A stretch of DNA of 64,000 nucleotides from Candidatus Delongbacteria bacterium (GTDB taxonomy: Bacteria > CAIWAD01), in assembly GCA_963663545.1 (NCBI GenBank), contig OY760505.1, forward strand, positions 3,168,001 through 3,232,000. The letters are read 5' to 3'. Both the position numbers and the translations under genes were made by a program. Below the pieces are notes generated by a model. It searched no databases and was not told where the DNA came from. It saw only the letters and a list, made by a program, of their open reading frames with translations. The first letter of the stretch is position 1; each line of letters starts with the position of its first letter. This document shows positions 54,529-62,818 of the stretch, piece by piece.

Positions 54529-55929
54529 ATGAGCATCCGTTTCTACAACAGCCTGAGTCGCCGTGTGGAGGACTTTACTCCACTCGAGCCAGGCAAAGTC
54601 GGCATGTATACTTGCGGACCAACCGTTTACAACTACGCGCACATCGGCAACTTCCGCACCTTCATCTTTGAGGATCTGCTGCGTCGCTGGCTGAAGTTTC
54701 GCGGCTTCGCAGTGACACAAGTGATGAATTTCACCGATGTCGATGACAAGACCATTCGCGATTCGCAGGCACAAGGCAAGGGGCTGAACGAGTTCACCGC
54801 CTTCTACAAACAGGCCTTCCTGGATGACCTCGACACCTTGCGCATTGAGCGCGCCGAAGTGTATCCTGCAGCCACCGATCACATTCCCGAGATGCTCTCG
54901 CTGGTGGACACGCTCATTGAGCGTGGTTATACCTACGAGGACGCCGGGTCTATTTACTTCCGGCTTTCGTCTTTTCCTGAGTACGGTCGCTTGGCCAATC
55001 TCAATCCAGATCAAATGCGCTCAAGCGGTCGTGTGGATAATGACGAGTACGAGAAGGACGACGCCCGTGACTTTGCGCTCTGGAAAGCCTGGGTCCCCGG
55101 CGACGGAGACGTGTACTGGGATACCCATCTGGGGAAGGGGCGTCCCGGCTGGCACATCGAATGTTCGGCAATGAGCATGAAGTATCTAGGCCCGCATTTC
55201 GATTTGCATACCGGTGGAGTGGACAACCGTTTTCCGCACCACGAGAACGAGATCGCCCAGAGTGTGTGTGCTACAGGCGCTGGCTTTGTCAACTACTGGA
55301 TGCACAGCGAGTTTCTCCTGGTGGAGAACAAGAAGATGTCCAAGAGTCTGGGCAACTTCTTCACATTGCGCGACCTGCTGGAGAAGGGATTGGATCCGGT
55401 GGCCATTCGATATACGCTACTCTCGGTCCACTACCGAGCGCAGCTCAACTTCTCCTTTGCGGGCATTGAAGCCAGTGCTCAGGCCATTCGCCGTCTACGC
55501 GATTTCAACCGGCGGTTGTGCAGCCACAAGCCGGGAGCGTCCAGCGAAGGCCGGGTAGAACAGTTGTTGAACACCTGTGAAGAAGGCTTTGGCGCAGCCA
55601 TGGACGACGATTTGAACATCGCCGACGCGCTGGGCAAACTTTTCAGTTTTGTGCGCGAAACAAATGCACTGCTGGACGCTGGCGTGGTGGATGCAGCGGA
55701 GTTGGCTGCCATTGTGTACTGGATGGAGCGTGTGGACAGCGTCCTGGCAGTGTTATCGGAAGATTGCGACGACGATCTGGAGTGCCGTGTGCGCGAGCTT
55801 GTGCAGGAGCGCGCAGCTGCAAAAGGTGCCAAGGATTGGGCTGCTGCAGACAAATTGCGCGATGAGATTCTGGCTTTGGGATACGTGGTAAAGGACACGC
55901 CGGATGGACCGGTGTATCACAAGGCCTGA
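54529..55929 (+). CDS. cysS: Cysteine-tRNA ligase
   Basis: MYTCGPTVY, HIGN, DFALWK, GRPGWHIECSAM, HHENEIAQ, KMSKSLGN. Confidence 0.98.
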   Translation: MSIRFYNSLSRRVEDFTPLEPGKVGMYTCGPTVYNYAHIGNFRTFIFEDLLRRWLKFRGFAVTQVMNFTDVDDKTIRDSQAQGKGLNEFTAFYKQAFLDDLDTLRIERAEVYPAATDHIPEMLSLVDTLIERGYTYEDAGSIYFRLSSFPEYGRLANLNPDQMRSSGRVDNDEYEKDDARDFALWKAWVPGDGDVYWDTHLGKGRPGWHIECSAMSMKYLGPHFDLHTGGVDNRFPHHENEIAQSVCATGAGFVNYWMHSEFLLVENKKMSKSLGNFFTLRDLLEKGLDPVAIRYTLLSVHYRAQLNFSFAGIEASAQAIRRLRDFNRRLCSHKPGASSEGRVEQLLNTCEEGFGAAMDDDLNIADALGKLFSFVRETNALLDAGVVDAAELAAIVYWMERVDSVLAVLSEDCDDDLECRVRELVQERAAAKGAKDWAAADKLRDEILALGYVVKDTPDGPVYHKA

Positions 55930-55945
55930 TGAGCAGACGTTCACG

Positions 55946-55969
55946 GGGCGGAGTTAATCCGCCCTTTTT
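55946..55969 (+). terminator. Intrinsic terminator of cysS
   Basis: GGGCGGA-GTTAA-TCCGCCC-TTTTT. Confidence 0.75.
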
Positions 55970-56850
55970 CATGGTAGCAGATTGTGCAAGGCTGCTTCAA
56001 CGCTGGTGAATTGGAAGCGATAATCGCTGTCTTGTAACACACGCGGAGTTGTGCGCTGCGAGGACAGCAACACCTGAGCCGCTTTGCCGAACAGCAGGCG
56101 CAATCCGAAGGCTGGTACTGGCAGAAGCTCACCCAATCCCGGGCGTGCGGACAACAAACGACTGAAATCCCGATTGCGCACTGCTTCAGGTGCACATAGA
56201 TTCACAGGTCCATTCAGATCCTCGTGATACAAAATGTGCTTGATGGCGCCCAGCACATCTTCCATGTGAATCCAGGGCATGAATTGTCGACCCGTGCCAA
56301 GACGACCGCCCAGGTGCATCCGATAAGCGGGGAGCATTTGCTGAAGCGCTCCGCCGTGACCAAGTACGATTCCTGTGCGGAGTTGGACTACGCGTGTATC
56401 ACGCTCAGCTGCTTTTGCAGCAGCCGATTCCCAGTCGGCACACAGTCCTGCCAGCCAGTCTGAACCAACGGGAGCCAATTCATCCAGCATTGTATCACCG
56501 CAGTCCCCATAGTAGCCGACAGCGCTGGCCGAAATCAGCACGCGCGGGCTTGCGACAGCGTGATACATCTGCATTACCAACTGTTGGGTCAGGGCTACAC
56601 GGCTTTCGTGTAGCACACGCTGATAGGCCGCCGTCCAGCGCCTACCGAGCAAGGGGGCACCAGCCAGGTGAATCATGGCGTCTACCTGCGGAAAAGGGCA
56701 GCTACCCGATAGTAGATCTGCGATGCAAATTGCATCACGAGACAGGGCTGGGCTTCGTTGAATCTGCAGCACAACATGTCCATCACTTTTCAGGCGCACA
56801 GCCAGTGCGCTTCCGATGAATCCGCTGGCTCCACTGACAAGAACTCTCAT
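55969..56850 (-). CDS. TIGR01777-family (YfcH-like) NAD-dependent epimerase
   Basis: VSGASGFIGS, HLAGAP...RWT, SASAVGYYG, CADWE, LRTGIVL, GGRLGTGRQFMPWIH. Confidence 0.92.
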   Translation of the reverse strand: MRVLVSGASGFIGSALAVRLKSDGHVVLQIQRSPALSRDAICIADLLSGSCPFPQVDAMIHLAGAPLLGRRWTAAYQRVLHESRVALTQQLVMQMYHAVASPRVLISASAVGYYGDCGDTMLDELAPVGSDWLAGLCADWESAAAKAAERDTRVVQLRTGIVLGHGGALQQMLPAYRMHLGGRLGTGRQFMPWIHMEDVLGAIKHILYHEDLNGPVNLCAPEAVRNRDFSRLLSARPGLGELLPVPAFGLRLLFGKAAQVLLSSQRTTPRVLQDSDYRFQFTSVEAALHNLLP

Positions 56851-57252
56851 GATCGTCCCCCGATGCTTGCTTCAACATAAAGCACCCGCAGAATCCGTGC
56901 AGCTTGTGGCTGAGGCATTGGCTTGATCAAGCCGGTGCTTCGATGTGAGTAAGCGGGTCCTAACAGTTCTTTGAGAAAACGGAAGAGGATAAACAGCGAT
57001 TGTTTCCGTGGAGGCAATTTCTGCTTGCGGATCAATCGCTATATCCTAACTTGGTTCTGTGAATCTAGACGGGGTACGGCTTAGTAGTAAGAGCAGCGTT
57101 GAAATCACTCGCAGCCGCATCCACTCAGCAAGTTCAAGATTTTAGCTTTGAATAAAAACACTGTTCACCCGTTAGGGCTTGATTTGATTTGCACACTGTG
57201 TTAAAGTTCGACCGCTGCACTGGGATCAGGCAGCGGCCGAAAGGGGGGGCGA

Positions 57253-57486
57253 ATGAAGCTGCATTTAGCCATCGACGTTGCGAACTACTACATCAACTTG
57301 CTTGGTGAAGATGAGTTCGCGCGTTTGATGGAGCAAGGCGTCGAAGCGGTCTACCTTGCTGTGAACGAGCAGCGTGAGTACATAGACCGTGAAAGGACCG
57401 ATGCTGCATTGACGAAGCAACGGGACTCGGTCGTGGCCTCACTCACCGAAGAAGAGAAGCTGTTGCTCAATCGTCATCATCGATAA
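57253..57486 (+). CDS. Small hypothetical protein (77 aa)
   Basis: Purine-rich RBS before ATG, helical protein-like composition, no recognisable family. Confidence 0.5.
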   Translation: MKLHLAIDVANYYINLLGEDEFARLMEQGVEAVYLAVNEQREYIDRERTDAALTKQRDSVVASLTEEEKLLLNRHHR

Positions 57487-57682
57487 TGACAATCGGCCCA
57501 TCCGTGTAACCGTCCTCCAATGTCATTGAGAGCGGTGTGCTTAGCGGGTTCGTTACTCCCATATACACTTCCCCCTGATAGCTTGCAAACAGGACGCTTG
57601 TGTGAGACTGCTGCTTTCTGCGCGCAATTTCTGCCTCAATCTCGTGGATGGGCACCTTGCGGGTGGTCACTGAAACAGACAT
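57467..57682 (-). CDS. Small hypothetical protein (71 aa) with an acidic tail
   Basis: Strong AGGAGG RBS before ATG; ends DGPIVIIDDDD. Confidence 0.6.
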   Translation of the reverse strand: MSVSVTTRKVPIHEIEAEIARRKQQSHTSVLFASYQGEVYMGVTNPLSTPLSMTLEDGYTDGPIVIIDDDD

Positions 57683-57879
57683 CGTGTCCTCCTGGGTTTA
57701 GGTTCTTGCTCCCTGTCCGTAACTAACTCACTCAGACTTACATTGCCGTGTGTCAGGAATTGGAGTTGACCTTGCACTCCTGAAGGGGAGACGTTTGGCA
57801 ATCGTTGAATCTGGTGAATCGCTATACGCCCTAAATGTACGCGAATAGCTTAGAAACCAATAGCAAAGAATGTGTATCG

Positions 57880-57940
57880 TGATTATTTTTCGCCGTAATT
57901 ATAATAGTGATATAATCAAGCTAAAGTGTGTATAATTGAG
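57880..57940 (+). promoter_or_regulatory. AT-rich divergent promoter region with three TATAAT boxes
   Basis: TATAAT at 57900, 57911 (with extended TGn) and 57931. Confidence 0.5.
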
Positions 57941-58024
57941 CTCTTCGAACTGAAGAGGTTGCGATATCGAATATGCGTCTGTATCCTGTCGGCGCAACAT
58001 ATAGGTTCTTGATCAGGAGATGCC

Positions 58025-58777
58025 TTGCACGCAATCCGCAAAGAGACATACCCGCTTTACCTTTACCTGCTATCGAGCGCATTCACCACTTACTATTTCT
58101 GGTGCACCAGTGCGCTTCTAGCGGCCCATTTCTTTGCACTGTTTGCTTATGAGTTTACGGTGGCTACTTCCTTATCCCGGTTGGAGCACCGTGTTGCCGT
58201 GAGCGCAGACGGCAGCAGTCAAAGCCGACTCATGCTCTTTTGCCGACTAGAGGACTGGAATCAGGGGCTGAAACACGCGATCTGGTTTTCATTTTACGGG
58301 CATTTGCTTTCACCAGCCTACGCAGCTGTGCTTCTTCTGGTAGGCTTATGCTGGCCATTGCTGAATCCTGTTTATCAGCACGTAATGGTGGCGACTGCAG
58401 GCAAAGGGGCGCATTACTGTTTGGCGCTTCGACAACGCCAGGCTTCGCCTTTTCTGTTTACCATTGTTTTGCTGCTCTCTGCGGTGGCGGTGTTCCGGGG
58501 GGCGACCGGCACCTTCTGGGTCTACACCGTTTACATCACGCTGATGATTGCCTGCTGGTATTTCTTTCTGACTGCGCTTCTGCTTAGGGTAGTGCTGAAT
58601 ATGTTGCTTTCCATTTCACTGTTTCTTCTTGGTGGCCGCTATTGGCCGCCCGCATTGCTCCTGCTGGTAGTCATGCCGGTATTGCCGGAATTCGTCCGGT
58701 TGATGAAAGGCGTTCTCATAACCAGTCGCGTGGACTACATGCTGATGAAACGCAGTAGGCTGAATCTTGGCGAGTGA
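58025..58777 (+). CDS. Hypothetical multi-pass membrane protein
   Basis: AGGAGA RBS before a TTG start; about 6-7 hydrophobic segments. Confidence 0.6.
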   Translation: MHAIRKETYPLYLYLLSSAFTTYYFWCTSALLAAHFFALFAYEFTVATSLSRLEHRVAVSADGSSQSRLMLFCRLEDWNQGLKHAIWFSFYGHLLSPAYAAVLLLVGLCWPLLNPVYQHVMVATAGKGAHYCLALRQRQASPFLFTIVLLLSAVAVFRGATGTFWVYTVYITLMIACWYFFLTALLLRVVLNMLLSISLFLLGGRYWPPALLLLVVMPVLPEFVRLMKGVLITSRVDYMLMKRSRLNLGE

Positions 58778-58785
58778 CGGCTGAG

Positions 58786-59172
58786 TTATTGTCCGCTGTC
58801 GATTACCTGTAGCAGGAAACGCAAAATCGAGGAAATGTACTCGGGATGCTCTTGCACCAAGGTGCGCAGTTTCTTGACGTCCTTGGTTTCGCGAATATGA
58901 TCCGCCAGCAGTTCGAAAAGCTGGACAAGCTCGGCCCCTTGACGGAAATCCTCAGAAAGCAATTCCTGGCGTGAGCGTCCCAGCACGGCCTCCCAGAGTT
59001 CACATCCGTAGGCTTTGGCAACGCGCTGCAATTGGTCTAGCTTCAGGCTATGATCACCATTTTCCAGTTTGCGTATCACGGGAACTCGCAGGTCTGTCAA
59101 CGCGGCGATGTCCTCTAGACGAAGTCCCTTGGTCATGCGCAGATTGCGAAAGAAGGTTCCAGAAACGTGCAT
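58786..59172 (-). CDS. XRE/Cro-family helix-turn-helix regulator
   Basis: FRNLRMTKGLRLEDIAALTDL....IRKLENG....LDQLQRVAKAYG. Confidence 0.85.
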   Translation of the reverse strand: MHVSGTFFRNLRMTKGLRLEDIAALTDLRVPVIRKLENGDHSLKLDQLQRVAKAYGCELWEAVLGRSRQELLSEDFRQGAELVQLFELLADHIRETKDVKKLRTLVQEHPEYISSILRFLLQVIDSGQ

Positions 59173-59386
59173 TGGCTATCTCGGTGACTTGCAGGGTAAA
59201 AGTGGGGGTACCCTTCACTCCTGAGAGTACCCCCGACTGCAGAGCGCGTAGCTTGGCTGCAGTTGCCTAGAGCATAATGCTCATCGAGTTGTCGTCCAAC
59301 ACGCTATCCGCACGAAGGGCTTAAAAAGAGGGCCAATCCCTTTCTTGCGAAGCTTTGGTAGAATAGGAGCGCAAACCGGAGGAAGT

Positions 59387-59977
59387 ATGCTGCTGCATTT
59401 AGCTACAGGTAACAGACATAAAGTCGACGAGATTCGGGCCGCTCTCGGGACAGGGTGGGAGTTGAAAACTCTGGCTGACTTTCCAGACCTGAGTGAGCCA
59501 GTCGAGGACGGTGATACACTGGAAGCCAACGCGATGATCAAAGCGCACGTATTACACGCCCATACAGGTGGACTAGCCGTCGCCGACGATACCGGCTTAA
59601 TGGTGGACGCCTTGCATGGTGCACCGGGTGTGTTTTCTGCCCGCTATGCTGGCTCTGGTTGCACGTATCAGGATAATGTGATCAAGATGCTGAGGGAGAT
59701 GAACGCTGTTGCGAAGGAACTGCGAACAGCGCGCTTTGAAACTGTAATTGCCGTTGTCGAGGCGGATGGACGTGAGCATGTGTTTCGGGGTGTGTGTCAC
59801 GGCCGTATCACGAACGCTCAGCGGGGCGAAAGCGGATTCGGCTATGATCCGATTTTTGAGGTGGATGGTTTGGCAAGAACTTTTGCCGAGTTAAGCATGA
59901 GCGAAAAGAACCAGCATAGCCACCGGGGCAAGGCTGTAGCGCTTCTGGTGCAGTGGTTGAAAGAGAAGTATCGCTAA
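59387..59977 (+). CDS. rdgB: Non-canonical purine NTP pyrophosphatase (RdgB/HAM1)
   Basis: ATGNRHKVDE, ADDTGL, GAPGVFSARYA, GFGYDPIF, SHRGKA. Confidence 0.95.
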   Translation: MLLHLATGNRHKVDEIRAALGTGWELKTLADFPDLSEPVEDGDTLEANAMIKAHVLHAHTGGLAVADDTGLMVDALHGAPGVFSARYAGSGCTYQDNVIKMLREMNAVAKELRTARFETVIAVVEADGREHVFRGVCHGRITNAQRGESGFGYDPIFEVDGLARTFAELSMSEKNQHSHRGKAVALLVQWLKEKYR

Positions 59978-60651
59978 TCCGTTGCGAGCTCACGGGCATC
60001 CATTGGATGCAAACCGCGATGTGATACAAGTTCCAGCAGTCTGGGCAAGACCTGGACCGTATAGTTCTGTCCTTTGCCGGTGCAGTGCAGCAAGAGGACG
60101 TCGCCCTCCCGCAATACTCTGTTCGCCCGTGATACAATGCACTCGGGGTTCCTTGCGGCCCAATCCTTCGGATTGCAGCTCCAGAAAAGCAGTCGTAGAT
60201 CCTGTGCCGCAGCTACTTCGTCTAGACCAGGTCGCCAGGAGCCAAAGGGCGGGCGGAACCAGAGCGGAGGCGCGCCAAGCAAATCCGCGAGGATGCGCTT
60301 GCTGTTGCTAAGCTCATGCGTCACACGCTCCGCAGACAACCTGCCCAGATGAACGTGATACAACCCGTGGCTTCCGATCACATGACCACGCTCCTTCAGC
60401 TCACGAGCACGGGATTCGGCAAGTGCCAACTCGCTCGCTGGTACTGCGTCGGGATCGAGTCGACTGGTGCTGAGGAAGAAAAGGGCTCTTCCGCCTGCGG
60501 ATTCTACCTGACGAGCGAGTTCCAAGCTCTGCGGTCCGGGACCGTCATCAAACGTGACCAGAAAACTGCCCTTTGCCAGATCCCGTGGAAGCCGCGTGCT
60601 GCCATTGGAGAAGAGCGATTGTGGTGGTGCACCATACAACAACCGGCTCAC
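59974..60651 (-). CDS. Polysaccharide deacetylase (CE4/NodB)
   Basis: TFDDGP, HGLYH, FRPPFG, DW, LLH. Confidence 0.9.
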   Translation of the reverse strand: MSRLLYGAPPQSLFSNGSTRLPRDLAKGSFLVTFDDGPGPQSLELARQVESAGGRALFFLSTSRLDPDAVPASELALAESRARELKERGHVIGSHGLYHVHLGRLSAERVTHELSNSKRILADLLGAPPLWFRPPFGSWRPGLDEVAAAQDLRLLFWSCNPKDWAARNPECIVSRANRVLREGDVLLLHCTGKGQNYTVQVLPRLLELVSHRGLHPMDARELATD

Positions 60652-61808
60652 AGCTTCCTCCAGCGCGGACGTGCGAACAAACCCAGCAGAGGACTTATGC
60701 TGACGTAGAGCAGCTGTAACAACCAGACCATGGGTAAAAGGGGCAATAGTTGCGGCTCATTGAAACTACGTGCAGCGGCAAGTGCTTGCAAGCCTGTAGC
60801 GCCAAAGTGTCCGCACAAGATGATGAGGCAGCTCTTCCAGTCAAGCCATCCAAGGATGGCAAACAGGGGCGTGCTGAGGACGAAGAGCCAGATGAGATAG
60901 TACCCAATTGCACCGAATAGCAGCAGGCGATCAGGGAAATGTCGTTGCGTGCTATTCCAGCGAATGCGCTGCCTGAGGAATTGCTTCAGGTTCGATGGTC
61001 CGCGGGTTTCCACCGTGGTCGACGCATTCAACACGGCCTGTAGCTTGAAGTTTGTTTTACGCGCAATGCGTTGCAGGAGCAGCGTGTCATCAGCACTGGC
61101 GATGTGCTCTAGTCCTTGATAGCCACCAGCTTCACGAAAAGCAGTGCGGGTCCAGGCCAGATTCGCACCGCTGGCATACGCCGGATGAGATGTTCCCAGA
61201 CTGATCAATCCGCTTAGCAGGCTCATCATGTACTCTAGCCGGACAACGCGAGAGAAGAAGGGTGCTGTGTCACGAAGCGCAAAGATACAGCCACCGGCCA
61301 AAAGTCCACTTTCCTGGCGCCAGACGCGCAACATGCCAGAGACCCAGCTTGGGGGTGGATCACAGTCTGCGTCCAATACAAGGATGTGCTCGTGACAGGC
61401 GTGATACAGCGCCAGCAGCAGGGCCTGCTTCTTTCCCTGCCGCACTGGAAGGTCGGCGGCCGCAGCCTGTTCAGGAGAGTCTGTGGACAGCAGGCGAAAA
61501 CCGATGCCTGCCTCCATGAATGGCTGCTGCATTGCAGCGGCAACCTTGGCAGTTCCGTCGGTGGAGGAGTCATCGACAACGATCAACTCCCACTGCGATC
61601 CAGGATGGTCTTGCTTCAGCAGGGCGCTAAGTGTTGCAGGCAGAGCCGCTTCTTCATTTCGTGCGCTGATTAGCACACTCGCATGGCAGGGGCTAGAGTC
61701 TTGATTTTGCTCTGTGTCACGCAACAAATGTTTGGAGCGGAACAGGACGATTCCGCCGTGACACAGGAAGACCAAACCGGCTCCCATCCCTAGCACGTCT
61801 AGAATCAC
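60648..61808 (-). CDS. Family 2 glycosyltransferase (membrane-bound)
   Basis: ISARNEE, VDDSSTDGT, GKKQAL, LDADC, GANLA, QRIRW. Confidence 0.92.
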   Translation of the reverse strand: MILDVLGMGAGLVFLCHGGIVLFRSKHLLRDTEQNQDSSPCHASVLISARNEEAALPATLSALLKQDHPGSQWELIVVDDSSTDGTAKVAAAMQQPFMEAGIGFRLLSTDSPEQAAAADLPVRQGKKQALLLALYHACHEHILVLDADCDPPPSWVSGMLRVWRQESGLLAGGCIFALRDTAPFFSRVVRLEYMMSLLSGLISLGTSHPAYASGANLAWTRTAFREAGGYQGLEHIASADDTLLLQRIARKTNFKLQAVLNASTTVETRGPSNLKQFLRQRIRWNSTQRHFPDRLLLFGAIGYYLIWLFVLSTPLFAILGWLDWKSCLIILCGHFGATGLQALAAARSFNEPQLLPLLPMVWLLQLLYVSISPLLGLFARPRWRKL

Positions 61809-62818
61809 TGTGACTCACCCGGATGTTGACGCCGCCAAAGTAGCAGAATGACCAGCCCGACAAGGGCAGGTAGGAGCACGTTCATCATGTAGAGCATCAG
61901 GCTTCCGGCCACTGCAGCTTCCGGTGCCACAGAGATAGTGGAGAAGAGCGCTGCGGCAACAAGCTCACGAACCCCAAGATCACCTGGACTGATGGGGAAG
62001 AGAGTCTTGATGAACATGGTGCCAGCGGCGGCGGCCCAGAGCAGGCGATGGCTGAAGCCAAGCCCTTCGATCAGGAAAACGAGCTGCAGAATGAAAGTGC
62101 AGTAGAATAGAACAGACCAGAGCAGGACCAGAAGACGCCGAGCTACCGTGATACGACACAGGGCATCACGCACTTTGATCCATGTTTTCAGCAGGCCGAT
62201 GCGCGGTATGCGTTGCACAATGGAGGTCAAGTGCTGCGGCATCAATAGCGTCAGCAGCAGCACGGCATTGGAGAAGAGCACAGCGCCACCGGCAACGAAG
62301 AGCAGTCTGCGAAAGGCCTCGCCCATACCACTGTAGGTCGCCGCGTGCCAGGTCGGCAGCAACCAGAGCGCGATGGCACCAATCATTGAGGTAATCACGC
62401 CACCCACCTGTCTGTCCAGCAGGCTAATCGTCGTCAGCTGCGTACGCGAGGCTGGCAGCAGGCAGGTGATACGCGCATGCTCGCCCAGCCGGGCAGGAGT
62501 GACCACGCCCAGAGGGAAGCCAATCCAGAGCGAGCGCCAGATGCGAGTCGCGGGCATCTGCGGAAGTTGTGAACGCACCAGCGTGTGCCAACGCAGGTAT
62601 TGCAGCACAACATTGGGAATGACCAGAATGAGGGCGGCCAGCAGGTAGAATGGTGATACATGCAGAAGCTGGTTCTGCAGAGCTGGCAGGTCAAGATGCT
62701 TGGCCAGCAGCGTCAGCAGGAGCGCTACGAGAAACATCCTCAGCCACCATGGCGGAGGCCAGAACCGGAGTGTAGCTGAAGTACGCGGTGATCCAGCCTT
62801 ATGCACTCCCTGTGTCAC
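61805..62818 (-). CDS. Lysylphosphatidylglycerol-synthase TM / flippase-like membrane protein
   Basis: LRWHTL, TPARLGE, DR, PISPGDLGVRE; about 8 TM helices. Confidence 0.85.
   Translation of the reverse strand: MTQGVHKAGSPRTSATLRFWPPPWWLRMFLVALLLTLLAKHLDLPALQNQLLHVSPFYLLAALILVIPNVVLQYLRWHTLVRSQLPQMPATRIWRSLWIGFPLGVVTPARLGEHARITCLLPASRTQLTTISLLDRQVGGVITSMIGAIALWLLPTWHAATYSGMGEAFRRLLFVAGGAVLFSNAVLLLTLLMPQHLTSIVQRIPRIGLLKTWIKVRDALCRITVARRLLVLLWSVLFYCTFILQLVFLIEGLGFSHRLLWAAAAGTMFIKTLFPISPGDLGVRELVAAALFSTISVAPEAAVAGSLMLYMMNVLLPALVGLVILLLWRRQHPGESQ

Noticed and set aside
57467..57682. 71-aa ORF as a RiPP precursor for the radical SAM/SPASM enzyme
   Set aside because: It is more than 5 kb away and in a separate transcription unit, and it lacks Cys/Trp-type core motifs. 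The enzyme sits in an envelope operon.
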